Part shown: piece by piece, positions 36,775 to 46,402 of the stretch | Position numbering within the stretch: the first letter of the stretch is position 1 | Layout: the number at the start of each line of letters is the position of its first letter | Assembly (NCBI RefSeq): GCF_028681615.1 | Contig: NZ_JAQUHV010000012.1 | Location: 9,152 to 73,151, forward strand | Reading direction: 5' to 3' | Source of the DNA: Sulfuricurvum sp. | GTDB lineage: Bacteria > Campylobacterota > Campylobacteria > Campylobacterales > Sulfurimonadaceae | DNA: 64,000 nucleotides | Made by a program: the position numbers and the translations under genes | The notes under the pieces: generated by a model | Database searches by the model: none | The model's input: the letters and a program-made list of their open reading frames with translations, nothing else | What the model was told of the DNA's origin: nothing

Positions 36775-38751
36775 TTAAAACGTGTATCTGAGATTGGCAA
36801 AAAATTCTCGGCCTGCCATCGGGAAGCCCAAATCGTATGCATAAAGTTTGTCAGTGAGGTTTTTAACGCCTATTTCGGCTGTAATAGCTTCTGTGGCTTT
36901 ATAGACACCTTTGATATCAAAGGTAGTAAAGGTCGGATTGATTACATACGATTTATCGGCTTTTTGCTCATACGCCCCTTTGCGAAATTTCATATCCCCA
37001 TAGAGTGAAAATCCGCATCCCAACTCTTTTTGTGCAAAAGCAAAAATTTGATGTTTAGGTACGTCAATTTGTTTGATAGTTTCGTTCGTACGGTTTTTGA
37101 CTGAAATGTAGGTGTAATTTCCGCCGGCTTCAAGTCCGTCAGATTTATAATTTAACTCGGTTTCAACACCGCGATGATCGAAACTGCCTACGTTTTGGTT
37201 TTGCGTATAGGCTGGATTTGGTGCATATACGACACTTTGAATAGCGTCATCTTGGCGTGTAAAGAACCCATTGAGGCGAGCGGTAAATTCTCCAAGTTGT
37301 TTTTGATAGCTTAGCTCATAGTGGGTTGCTACTTCATTTTGGAGATCGACATTCGGAACTGAACTGTTGAATTTGCGAGAATAGCGGTCTTTCATAGAAG
37401 GCATATACGTCTTTTTAGAGACACTCGCACGTATTTTTGAGGTTGTATCCGGTGTGAAAATAACTGCGGCTTGCGGATTGATCGAACTTTGTGTTTTGAG
37501 TGCGAGCATATTGATATAGGCGGTATTGGTATCAAATATCTTATCGCCTTCGCGACGATCGTAACTGACTCCGCCGAGCAGCTGCCATTGGGTATTGACC
37601 GTGTAGGTATCTTCAAGACCTAATGAAATACTATGATCTTCATAGTTTTCACTCATGCTATCAACACCGGTGGTTTTGCTGATGTCATATCCTTTATGGG
37701 AATCTTTTTTGTAATTTGCCGCCGCAGTTAGGAAGTTTTTTTCCAGTTCAACACCGTATTCCAGTCGTCCGCCGTAGCTATAGTCATCGTATTTGCTTTT
37801 AAATGACTTGCCTGTGTTCATTGTCGAATAGGAGACATTGTCATAGGCATAGAGTGAATTTTTAGACGTATCGTAGTAGGCCAGCGCTTTGATATAGCCG
37901 GCAGCAAGATTTTTTTGTCCTGAGATAAAGAGAGTTTCTTTATCCCAATAAGGCCAATCCCAATATTTTGATTGACTGTAAGCCGGGTCACTTACCGGAG
38001 GCTGTTGCTTCTGGCCATTTTGGTTTGAATAGCCGATAGCAACTTCACTGCCGTCGTCGGCGATATATCCTCCCTTAAGACTGATCTTATAGTCTTCGGA
38101 TTGTGAATGCAAACGATCGCCTTTGGGTTGTACACTTCCGCTGGGTGGTGTATAGTTGTCACTGAGCCGGAAATGGCTTTGATCGCTGTATACGGCACCG
38201 AGCTGTGCATAAAGGTGATCTTGACGTGTACCGAGGTTCAGTGAGGCTGTCTTGCGGGAGAATGCCGTATCACTGTCAAGTACCATTCCTACTTTCATAT
38301 CTCCTTCCAGTGCTTTTGTAGGACGTTTAGAAACGATATTGACAACTCCGCCCATTGTATTGGCACCGTAAACTATGGATGAATATCCTTTTTCAACATC
38401 GATTTCGGCAATATCGTTCGTGAGGAAACGGTCATAGTCGAAGTTGCCGTCATAGGGGACATAAATAGGGATACCATCGATAAAAACACCGATTCGTCGT
38501 GCATCAAAACCGCGAATGTAGAGAGTAGATTCCCCGCGCCCCCCTTGGACATCTTGATTGATACCGCTTATATTATCCAGTGCATCGGAAACCGTTTCGC
38601 TGTTTTGCGTCGCGATTGTGTCGGATGTTATTACTTGCTCAAAAGGGCTCTCATCAAGAGGAACATTTAGGACATTGATCTGTCCTAACGTAAAGGTATC
38701 GGCCAGTACCGTAGAGGCGGCGAGTGATATGAGTAGTAAGTGTTTTTTCAT
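36775..38751 (-). CDS. TonB-dependent outer-membrane receptor 1
   Basis: 658 aa with a signal peptide, a plug domain (TLYIRGFDARRIGVFIDGIP, GGVVNIVSKRP) and a beta-barrel ending ...NLRYTF. Confidence 0.85.
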   Translation of the reverse strand: MKKHLLLISLAASTVLADTFTLGQINVLNVPLDESPFEQVITSDTIATQNSETVSDALDNISGINQDVQGGRGESTLYIRGFDARRIGVFIDGIPIYVPYDGNFDYDRFLTNDIAEIDVEKGYSSIVYGANTMGGVVNIVSKRPTKALEGDMKVGMVLDSDTAFSRKTASLNLGTRQDHLYAQLGAVYSDQSHFRLSDNYTPPSGSVQPKGDRLHSQSEDYKISLKGGYIADDGSEVAIGYSNQNGQKQQPPVSDPAYSQSKYWDWPYWDKETLFISGQKNLAAGYIKALAYYDTSKNSLYAYDNVSYSTMNTGKSFKSKYDDYSYGGRLEYGVELEKNFLTAAANYKKDSHKGYDISKTTGVDSMSENYEDHSISLGLEDTYTVNTQWQLLGGVSYDRREGDKIFDTNTAYINMLALKTQSSINPQAAVIFTPDTTSKIRASVSKKTYMPSMKDRYSRKFNSSVPNVDLQNEVATHYELSYQKQLGEFTARLNGFFTRQDDAIQSVVYAPNPAYTQNQNVGSFDHRGVETELNYKSDGLEAGGNYTYISVKNRTNETIKQIDVPKHQIFAFAQKELGCGFSLYGDMKFRKGAYEQKADKSYVINPTFTTFDIKGVYKATEAITAEIGVKNLTDKLYAYDLGFPMAGREFFANLRYTF

Positions 38752-38766
38752 TGCATTTCCTTTAGA

Positions 38767-39774
38767 TTAAATATGGGGTCTGATGTGGGTGTTGAAGACA
38801 TTGAGCATCGTTCGATTTTGACTCGGATCGGACGATGAGGGTTTGAGAACGAGATGAATGTCCGGCAGTGCGTTTTGGATGGTTTGAATTGTTTTTAGGC
38901 ACTCTCTGTAGGTTCCGATAATGGCATTGTCAAAAAACTTTTGACCGTCGAAAAAAGCTTCGCGCTCCAACAAAATAGCGTTGTATTTTTCGCGGTTCCA
39001 TTTTGGAGCGGGAATTTCGGAAGATGCGGCGCGCATCGATTTGACAAAATGATCGATAGAAGGGCGGGCGATGCGGTAGGCATCGTCATAGCTGTCGGCG
39101 ACACAAAATACCCGCATCAAAACGATCTCCGGATTCACTCCGGCAATAGAGCGGTAAAGTTTTTGGGCTTCCAAACACTCATCCAAACTGGCCCCCTGTG
39201 ACATCAGCAGCCCGTATCCCTGACGTGCGGCAAAACGGATCGTATCGGGATTGGCAAACGTAGCGACAAAAAACGGGATCCTTTTTTGGAGCGGTTTAGG
39301 CTGAAGGGTTGTATTCTCGAATGAGACAAATGCGCCGTTATACGAGGTGGTTTTGGTATGAAGCAGCGCGTCGACCGCTTCGGTGGTCTCAAACATGGCA
39401 TTGCGCAGATTATCGGGATCACGGCTGAAATGTTTGGTGTCGGGTGCGAATCCCCCCTTGGCAAATCCTGCGTTGATCCGTCCGCCGGAGAGGTTGTCCA
39501 ATACGGCGATACTCTCGGCCAAACGGACCGGATGGTAAAAAGGGGCGAGAAATCCGGCAGTCCCCAGTCGGATACATCCGGTTCGGGCTGCTGCGAAAGC
39601 GATCATAGAGCAGGGATCGGGGATAACGCTAAAACCGTTGAAATGGTGTTCACCGAACCATGCCTCGTCAAATCCGAGCTGATCGGCAAGTTCGACCAGA
39701 CGAAGCTGTTCCATTATGCTCTCTTGAACGCTCCCCTCAAAATGTTCGGTAAGACAAAAAAGTCCTATTTTCAT
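38767..39774 (-). CDS. LLM-class (luciferase-like) flavin-dependent oxidoreductase
   Basis: Start at MKIGLFCLTEHF (GGAGAGAG SD). Contains FDEAWFGEHHF and a TIM-barrel LLM pattern. Confidence 0.8.
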   Translation of the reverse strand: MKIGLFCLTEHFEGSVQESIMEQLRLVELADQLGFDEAWFGEHHFNGFSVIPDPCSMIAFAAARTGCIRLGTAGFLAPFYHPVRLAESIAVLDNLSGGRINAGFAKGGFAPDTKHFSRDPDNLRNAMFETTEAVDALLHTKTTSYNGAFVSFENTTLQPKPLQKRIPFFVATFANPDTIRFAARQGYGLLMSQGASLDECLEAQKLYRSIAGVNPEIVLMRVFCVADSYDDAYRIARPSIDHFVKSMRAASSEIPAPKWNREKYNAILLEREAFFDGQKFFDNAIIGTYRECLKTIQTIQNALPDIHLVLKPSSSDPSQNRTMLNVFNTHIRPHI

Positions 39775-39784
39775 GGCTCTCTCC

Positions 39785-40402
39785 TCATTTGGTGATAACA
39801 GCCCAAAAGCCGCTTTCATCGTCGATAATATTAAACTTGGACGGTCTGAGCGAAGCAAGAATCCCAGGAAGTGCTTCGCGTTCCGGTTTTATCCGGTCTT
39901 TGAATGAGTTACGCCAATCGGGATTGTTATCGCTCATCGTTTTGACGATACTGTCGCGAAGAGCCGCATTACCGAATCCGCCTCCGATGTAGGCCATTCC
40001 TCCCGGTTTTAGAATCCGAATGATTTCGCTGTAGGCTTTATGCCAATCGTCCCAAAACGGTGAAGATCCTCGGCTGATGACGAGATGGACATCCTCGTCG
40101 ATCAACGGTATGGCATGAATGTCCCCTCGGATAAACGTACTGCGATCATTCAAATTATGAGATGACGCATAATCCGATGCCAGATTGAGCATCTCTTCGG
40201 ATTGGTCAAAAAAACTCATATGTAAATCGGTGATATTGGCCAGAGCGATTCCCAGAGCACCCGTTCCGCATCCTGCGTCGAGGCATCGACCGGAAGTGAT
40301 TGCCGTTCGATTTACGATTTGTTCCGCAATCACGGGATAGATCGGTGCGAAGACGTTACGGACGATGTGATCGAAACTTTGCGGATTGGTTGAGTGTTTC
40401 AC
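39785..40402 (-). CDS. class I SAM-dependent methyltransferase
   Basis: Start reassigned to GTG 40402, which forms a GTGA overlap with the stop of the upstream binding-protein gene. Motif I LDAGCGTGALG. Confidence 0.7.
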   Translation of the reverse strand: MKHSTNPQSFDHIVRNVFAPIYPVIAEQIVNRTAITSGRCLDAGCGTGALGIALANITDLHMSFFDQSEEMLNLASDYASSHNLNDRSTFIRGDIHAIPLIDEDVHLVISRGSSPFWDDWHKAYSEIIRILKPGGMAYIGGGFGNAALRDSIVKTMSDNNPDWRNSFKDRIKPEREALPGILASLRPSKFNIIDDESGFWAVITK

Positions 40403-41472
40403 GGTTTTGCTCCCATAGGTGTTTTTCGGTATTCGATCGTCGGATGCAGAACTTCTTGCAACTGATCGTTTGTCAGATCCACATTCATAAACAGACGATA
40501 AAACTCTTTGGTCTCTTTTTTGAGATCGATTTTGTACTCTTTCGGATAGAGGGCATTCATCAACCATTTGAGACCCATAATCCGCATGAACGACGGCGGA
40601 CGGTCAAACCAGTTGAACGGTGCTTTCGGTATTAAAAAGACCCGCTTGTTTCTGACGGCGTTGATATTGGCCCAGATCGGGGTAGTGTAGACGATGTCGT
40701 AAAACATCTTTTCCTGAACGATCATGACATCGGGGTTATAGGCAAGTACGGTTTCCATCGACATCTTCTCAAAGCCTTTGTGGTTTGAGGTGTGACATCG
40801 GTGTACGTCGACGTCTCCGGCGAGTTTGAGCAGCTGAACATGGATGGAATCGTCGCACTCGGTACTAAGACCGTCTAATCCTTCGGCATAATAGACCTTC
40901 GGACGTTTTTCGGGTGGGACTTTGGCTACGGTATTACGGACGTAGGCAAACGTTTTTTCGGTATAGGCGGCGAGTTTGTTGCCCCGTTCTTCTTTGTTTA
41001 GCGCTTTGCCTAAGAATTTGAATATATTGGTGTAATCCTCGATACTCTCATCGACGGCATAGACGAACGGAGTATTCAGAATTTTGAGTTTCTCGGCTTC
41101 TTTTGCGTTGAATTCGTTTTGGTGCGCCCACATGAGAATCAAATCCGGCTTGGCTGCAAGCAGCACTTCAAGATTGGCACTTTGACCGGCACCGAATACC
41201 CGTCCGATGGTTGGAAGGGTCTGCATCCGTTTATTCAGATAGGGATAATTCGCCTCATCGATCTCAAAAATCCAACCTGCGAGTAAAGACGGATCCATAG
41301 CGTATAGGGCATACGAACCGTACGGAGAGGGTGCGTATACTTTTTTTGGATTTTCCGGAACATCGACTTTGCGCCCTTGCATATCGGTGATTTCACGTGC
41401 AGAGGCTACGAAGCTGATCGAGAGGATCAAAAATCCCATCAGGAGCGGTAAAAAGGGTCTCATCTCTCTCAT
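40399..41472 (-). CDS. periplasmic binding protein, class III (BtuF/FhuD/MolA-type), copy 1
   Basis: 357 aa with a signal peptide. Shares YYAEGLDGLSTECDDSIH and FNWFDRPPSFMRIMGLKWL with copies 2 and 3. Confidence 0.8.
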   Translation of the reverse strand: MREMRPFLPLLMGFLILSISFVASAREITDMQGRKVDVPENPKKVYAPSPYGSYALYAMDPSLLAGWIFEIDEANYPYLNKRMQTLPTIGRVFGAGQSANLEVLLAAKPDLILMWAHQNEFNAKEAEKLKILNTPFVYAVDESIEDYTNIFKFLGKALNKEERGNKLAAYTEKTFAYVRNTVAKVPPEKRPKVYYAEGLDGLSTECDDSIHVQLLKLAGDVDVHRCHTSNHKGFEKMSMETVLAYNPDVMIVQEKMFYDIVYTTPIWANINAVRNKRVFLIPKAPFNWFDRPPSFMRIMGLKWLMNALYPKEYKIDLKKETKEFYRLFMNVDLTNDQLQEVLHPTIEYRKTPMGAKP

Positions 41473-41474
41473 CC

Positions 41475-43538
41475 TTAAAATTCCATCGTGATTTCAGCAC
41501 CGAACGTACGTCCGCGATCGTAGTAGTATCCTGTGGTATATCGGGTCGCATATTGCTCATTCGTGAGGTTGCGTCCGTAGAAAGTGAGTCGGGCGTCGAT
41601 ACTGCCGAGTTTGAGTTCTCGAATGAGGTTCGCATCAAACCGTGTAAAATCTCCTAACGGAACATTGGTAGCGGTTCCCATAGCGGATGTGGAACTGGTC
41701 CATAAGCTCTCTTTTTTAGCGGAGAGGTTGGCGCGGTATTGATCCCATTCATGGCTTAGGGCGAGGGTATAGAGGTTTACCGGATTGGAAAGGGCGTTAT
41801 TATCGGTTACGACGCCGGTACTGCTGACCGATTCGTTGGTAACCATATGAGTCCAGCTTGCTTTATACGAGGTACCGAAATCGAATTTCCCTTTTAGAAG
41901 AAGCTCTATTCCTTGGCGATGAAGGTCAGACTGGGTGTAATAGTACAGTGTCTCACCGTTTTGTACATAGGTGTTGGTTGTCGCCGTTTTATAATTATCG
42001 ATTTTGATATCAAACCATGTCAGCATCGGGGTAAATGCTTTGGAAAAATTTGCTTCGAGTGAGGTTTCGAGCCGCTTTTGGGTCTCAGGATCGAGCGTTC
42101 CGGTTTGCGATCTGACATCGAAATCTCCCATCGTTCCTTGTGATCCGTGGTAGTAACGGCCCGTAAGGTTATAGGTCGGAGTGACATACCATTTTGCCCC
42201 GAGTGCGTAGATTTTGGCAGGAGCCATATCGACGTCATTATTGGCACTGTTATTTGCGGCAGAGGTGCTTGAATTGGTAATATGTTTGGTGTCTTGGCGA
42301 TATCCGCCATCGAGGATGACATTCCCCTCAAAGAGCTTTTGTTCGACCGAAGCCGAGTAGCCTTTGACCGTAGTATCAAAACGTCTGTAATTGCTATTGG
42401 TTTCAGGACCGAATCCTGCATCGTTAGCTCTTTGGAAACCTAACATCACTTTTGTATCGCCATAATGGATGTTATGTCGGAAACTGGAACCGGAAGTGTC
42501 TTCGTAATAGTGTTTTGCAGCGGTTACGGTAGCTGAGGCAAAACTGTCGTCATGTTCGGTTTGGTCATAGTTTGTGCGAAAGTAGGAGAGGATGGACGTA
42601 TGGTGCTCATCCCACTGCACAGTCGCATCGGTGGTGAAAATATGGGTAGTGATCGGGTCGTAATACCACTTGGAGGTATCAAGGGAACCGTCAATTTTGA
42701 CTCCTCTTTGCATCTCAAAACGCCCTGAATCGTCATAGATCATCGCTTTAGCACTGAAACGCCCGGCATTGATTCCGGCATTGACCATTTTAGCTTGGGC
42801 ATTTTGACCGTCAAACCATGTCTCTTTGCTCGGACGCTCCATCCCTGACATCATCCCCCCGATGTAACCGTTGAAATCGGACGAACCGAATACAAAGCTG
42901 GTATAGATACTCTCGTGGTTTGCAGTGGGTTGATCGACGGCTTTTTCAGCTCCTCCTGTGAGGATCAGAGAGGTTTTTTTCGGCTGTTTGGTACGGATAA
43001 CGATAAATCCGGTATTCAGTCCCGATCCGGAGTTGGATGATCCGATATTGATCGAAGGGCCTATAGGGAGTGAAGTGGAACCACGGACGATGTCGATTTG
43101 CTCAATAGCCGACATAGGAATCTTTTGGAGGATACGGTTACTGGTAGAGGGCAAAATGGCGCCGTCGATGATATAGGTAAAGCTTCCGCCGCCTCGGTCA
43201 TTGACAAAAAACGGACTTTTGCGCCCTTGATAGGTGATGTCTAGACCGACCGCTTTTTCTAAGAGATCGAAAACATCTTTCGGTGCGAGGTTCTGAATAT
43301 CTTTTTCGGTAAAAATTTCGGTCCCAGCCTGTGCCGTCGTTTCGACGCGGTAAGGATTGCTTGGGCTTTGCGGATCGAGATAATCGTGTTCGAGTATCGT
43401 CGATGCGGTGACGTTAACCGGATCGAGTGAACTGGCAGTCGTATCGGCAGCAGCAAGAGCCGATAGCGGTGAGAGAACCAATGCAGCCACAAAGCTGATG
43501 GCAACAGTTTTTGTATTTGAATTTTTACTCATTTTCAT
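41475..43538 (-). CDS. TonB-dependent outer-membrane receptor 2
   Basis: 687 aa with a signal peptide, a plug domain and a barrel ending ...EITMEF. Confidence 0.85.
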   Translation of the reverse strand: MKMSKNSNTKTVAISFVAALVLSPLSALAAADTTASSLDPVNVTASTILEHDYLDPQSPSNPYRVETTAQAGTEIFTEKDIQNLAPKDVFDLLEKAVGLDITYQGRKSPFFVNDRGGGSFTYIIDGAILPSTSNRILQKIPMSAIEQIDIVRGSTSLPIGPSINIGSSNSGSGLNTGFIVIRTKQPKKTSLILTGGAEKAVDQPTANHESIYTSFVFGSSDFNGYIGGMMSGMERPSKETWFDGQNAQAKMVNAGINAGRFSAKAMIYDDSGRFEMQRGVKIDGSLDTSKWYYDPITTHIFTTDATVQWDEHHTSILSYFRTNYDQTEHDDSFASATVTAAKHYYEDTSGSSFRHNIHYGDTKVMLGFQRANDAGFGPETNSNYRRFDTTVKGYSASVEQKLFEGNVILDGGYRQDTKHITNSSTSAANNSANNDVDMAPAKIYALGAKWYVTPTYNLTGRYYHGSQGTMGDFDVRSQTGTLDPETQKRLETSLEANFSKAFTPMLTWFDIKIDNYKTATTNTYVQNGETLYYYTQSDLHRQGIELLLKGKFDFGTSYKASWTHMVTNESVSSTGVVTDNNALSNPVNLYTLALSHEWDQYRANLSAKKESLWTSSTSAMGTATNVPLGDFTRFDANLIRELKLGSIDARLTFYGRNLTNEQYATRYTTGYYYDRGRTFGAEITMEF

Positions 43539-43570
43539 CTTTTTTCCTTAAGTTTGAATGCTTAGACACT

Positions 43571-43594
43571 TTTTATATCATAATTGATATAATG
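43571..43594. promoter_or_regulatory. candidate ModE-type operator (box 4)
   Basis: On the gene-sense strand it reads CATTATATC-AATTAT-GATATAAAA, 32 nt upstream of ATG 43538. Confidence 0.4.
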
Positions 43595-43618
43595 TTATAT
43601 AAATTTTTTTCCTCCCTT

Positions 43619-44596
43619 TTACTGTTTGTATTGGGGAAAGAAGAGTTTAATAAACCGTTTTTCCTCTTGATCGATCGGTTTGATTAGGTCGGGATAAAAC
43701 GAGTGGATAAGCCACCGTATCCCCATCAGACGCATGAGTGAAGGGGGACGGCTGATATAGTTGAACGGAACGGTAGGGACGGTGAGAACGTGTCCTGTTT
43801 TGACCGCACGCAGGTTTTGCCATTGCGGATTCGTTTTGACCGAGGATGCGAATGATCCCTCCATTGCTACGATAACATCGGGGTCGGCTATGAGGATCGT
43901 TTCCATCGAGATTTTTTCCATCCCGTAGTTGGAAGACATTTTACAGTTGAGGGCATTTTTGGCTCCGCTGTAGGTGAAAGGTTCGAGGTGAAACGACCCG
44001 TCGCATTCACTGGCAAAACCGTCCGGACTTTCAGCAAAGTAATATCGGACATCTTTTCGTGCATTGACTTTCGTTTGCAATGATTGGATCAGTCCAAGCG
44101 TCTCTTTGGTGTAGTTCATAAGCTCCGAAGCACGTTTCGTATTTCCGGTGAGTTTGCCTAAAAGTTCGAATTGGACTATGAGGTCGTTGATCGATTCGTT
44201 ATGAACCATGAGTACAGGGATACCGAGTAAGGAGAGTTTTTTTAATTCATTGTCGGCACCCGTCGCTTTTCCCCACATGAGGATGACATCGGGCTTGATT
44301 GCTGCGATGTTTTCGAAATTCGGGGTTTGCCCCTGACCGAAATATCCGCCCGCCACCGGCTTGGATGCGGCGACACCGACGTAGGGTTTTTGATCCTCTT
44401 TGAACGGAAAGTTCAAAGCTGCGACGAGAGACGGATCGAATGCCGTTACACTGATAGTAATGGGCGGGGATACCGAATAAATTTTAGTGATTTTATCGGG
44501 GATGGTAACGACCCGTCCAAAATCATCGGTAAGGGTACGCGCTTCTATAATATTAGAAAATATCAATAAAGAAATGAAGAGGGTTAAAAGTTTCAT
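43619..44596 (-). CDS. periplasmic binding protein, class III, copy 2
   Basis: 325 aa with a signal peptide, YYFAESPDGFASECDGSFH and FNYISRPPSLMRLMGIRWL. Confidence 0.8.
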   Translation of the reverse strand: MKLLTLFISLLIFSNIIEARTLTDDFGRVVTIPDKITKIYSVSPPITISVTAFDPSLVAALNFPFKEDQKPYVGVAASKPVAGGYFGQGQTPNFENIAAIKPDVILMWGKATGADNELKKLSLLGIPVLMVHNESINDLIVQFELLGKLTGNTKRASELMNYTKETLGLIQSLQTKVNARKDVRYYFAESPDGFASECDGSFHLEPFTYSGAKNALNCKMSSNYGMEKISMETILIADPDVIVAMEGSFASSVKTNPQWQNLRAVKTGHVLTVPTVPFNYISRPPSLMRLMGIRWLIHSFYPDLIKPIDQEEKRFIKLFFPQYKQ

Positions 44597-45384
44597 AGGG
44601 TTCCTTTATTGAAGATTGGGAGACAGCGGGTGTGGGTATCGTGGACGATGAGGTCGGCCTCGATTCCGTAGACGTTACGGATCATTTCAGGGGTTATTAC
44701 CTCTTCAGGAATACCATCGGCGATGATTTTACCTTTGTTCATTACCGCGACTCGACTGGAGACGAGCAGGGCATGGTCGGGGTAATGGGTCGTTTTTAGA
44801 AAAGTATACCCTTGCGTACTGAGTGAGACGATCAACTCCAAAAGACGGATTTGATTGCCGTAATCCAGACCCGAAACCGGCTCGTCCATAATAAATGTAT
44901 TGACCCCCTGAGAGAGCGCGCGTGCGAGAAGCACCATCTGTTTTTGCCCGCCGCTGAGCTGACCGAAGGGACGCGATGCCAAATCAGGAATCCCGACTCT
45001 CTCCAGTGATTCACGGGCAATGACGTAATCCTGCGCGGAGGGGGCGGCAAAAAAACCGAGTTTGGAAACTCTCCCCATAAGAACCATCTCCAGAACGCTG
45101 TAGTTGAACGGTACGTTGTTGTATTGCGGGATGTATGCGATATGTTCTGCAATCTCTCGGTGCGAGTAGCGGTGGAGAGTTTTTTCATTGAGCCATATTT
45201 CACCCTGTTGTGCATGGATCAGTTTGAGGATGAGGCGGATGAGGGTGCTTTTACCGCATCCGTTCGGTCCTAGCAAGCTTACGACTTCGCCGCGGCGGAG
45301 GGTGAAATCAATCCCCTCTAATACCGGACGTTTAGGATAAGAGAAATGGAGGTCGTTGACCGCTATTATAGGTTTTAGTTCCAT
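44593..45384 (-). CDS. ABC transporter ATP-binding protein (FecE/BtuD/MolC type)
   Basis: 263 aa with GPNGCGKST, LSGGQKQMVLLARAL and FIMDEPVSGLD. Confidence 0.85.
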   Translation of the reverse strand: MELKPIIAVNDLHFSYPKRPVLEGIDFTLRRGEVVSLLGPNGCGKSTLIRLILKLIHAQQGEIWLNEKTLHRYSHREIAEHIAYIPQYNNVPFNYSVLEMVLMGRVSKLGFFAAPSAQDYVIARESLERVGIPDLASRPFGQLSGGQKQMVLLARALSQGVNTFIMDEPVSGLDYGNQIRLLELIVSLSTQGYTFLKTTHYPDHALLVSSRVAVMNKGKIIADGIPEEVITPEMIRNVYGIEADLIVHDTHTRCLPIFNKGTL

Positions 45385-46397
45385 GCTGCCCTCGCGTTTT
45401 TAAGTACGATGATAAAGACGGGGATACCGATGAGCGATGTAAGGATTCCGATCGGGACTTCGACGCTGAATGCCAATCTGGAGATCGTATCGGCGAGAAG
45501 CAAAAACGCTCCGCCCACTATCGCTGAGAGCGGCATCAGCAAACGGTGCGAAGGGCCGACCGCCATACGGATGATATGGGGGATAATCAGCCCTATCCAT
45601 CCGATTATTCCTGCCATAACGACGGAGAGGGAACTGGCGATCGTCGCCAAAATGATAGCTCCCAGCCGAACCATCGTGACATTGATCCCCAATGCCTTCG
45701 CCTCTTCGTCTCCCAAACTCATTAGATCGAAATATTTCCCTAAAACAATCAGACCGATGACACTGGCGAGCATCGGAACAGATATGAGCAACACGCCGTG
45801 CAGATCCGCCATCGTCAGACTTCCCATCAGCCAATAGACGATTGCAGGGAGGGTACTGTAAGGATCGGCGAGGTATTTGATGATCGAGAGCAACGAGGTA
45901 AAGAGGGCACTGCTGATCACACCGCCGAGTACCAGCATGACGGTGGAACGTGAGTTGGTCACCATTGTGCCGATGAGTACGGCGACCCCGACCGCGACAA
46001 AACCGAATGCGAATGCGAGCAATTGGACGACAAACCATTGGTCAGAAATAAGCATCCCCATCGCCGCACCGAACGATGCCCCCGCGAGTACCCCTAAAAT
46101 CCCGGGAGATACGAGGGGATTGACGAACATCGCCTGAAACGCGGCACCTGATGTAGCGAGGGCAGATCCGATGAGTATGGCGAGCAGAACGCGCGGAAGA
46201 CGAATCTGCAAGATGATGTTATCGAGCATCGTAAAGGTATCGTTCCCCACCCCTCCGAAGACTTTAAACTGCAGGTAGCTGATCAACGTATCGAGTGTGA
46301 TCGGATATTGCCCCCAGAGTAGGGATAATGTGGCGACAACGAGTAAAAGCACGCTAGCGCCGATTATCCAACTGATCGGTTTGAACTTTTTCATCAT
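45375..46397 (-). CDS. FecCD/BtuC-family (type II importer) permease
   Basis: 340 aa, about 10 TM segments, with the typical LPRVLLAILIGSALATSGAAFQ segment. Confidence 0.85.
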   Translation of the reverse strand: MMKKFKPISWIIGASVLLLVVATLSLLWGQYPITLDTLISYLQFKVFGGVGNDTFTMLDNIILQIRLPRVLLAILIGSALATSGAAFQAMFVNPLVSPGILGVLAGASFGAAMGMLISDQWFVVQLLAFAFGFVAVGVAVLIGTMVTNSRSTVMLVLGGVISSALFTSLLSIIKYLADPYSTLPAIVYWLMGSLTMADLHGVLLISVPMLASVIGLIVLGKYFDLMSLGDEEAKALGINVTMVRLGAIILATIASSLSVVMAGIIGWIGLIIPHIIRMAVGPSHRLLMPLSAIVGGAFLLLADTISRLAFSVEVPIGILTSLIGIPVFIIVLKNARAAWN

Positions 46398-46402
46398 AGC
46401 CC

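Noticed and set aside
39785-40567. Long N-terminal extensions of several minus-strand ORFs (39785-40567, 38767-39858, 26628-27221, 17779-18288, 32858-33721) and of the plus-strand ORF 27310-27783
   Set aside because: The extensions overlap upstream genes or intergenic operators and lack an SD. Internal starts with good SDs or 4-nt coupling overlaps (GTGA, ATGA) give family-typical N-termini.
45400-46038. 212-aa Arg/Gly/His-rich ORF in an alternative minus-strand frame
   Set aside because: It is embedded in the FecCD permease gene, whose frame gives a coherent 10-TM protein. The alternative frame is compositional noise.
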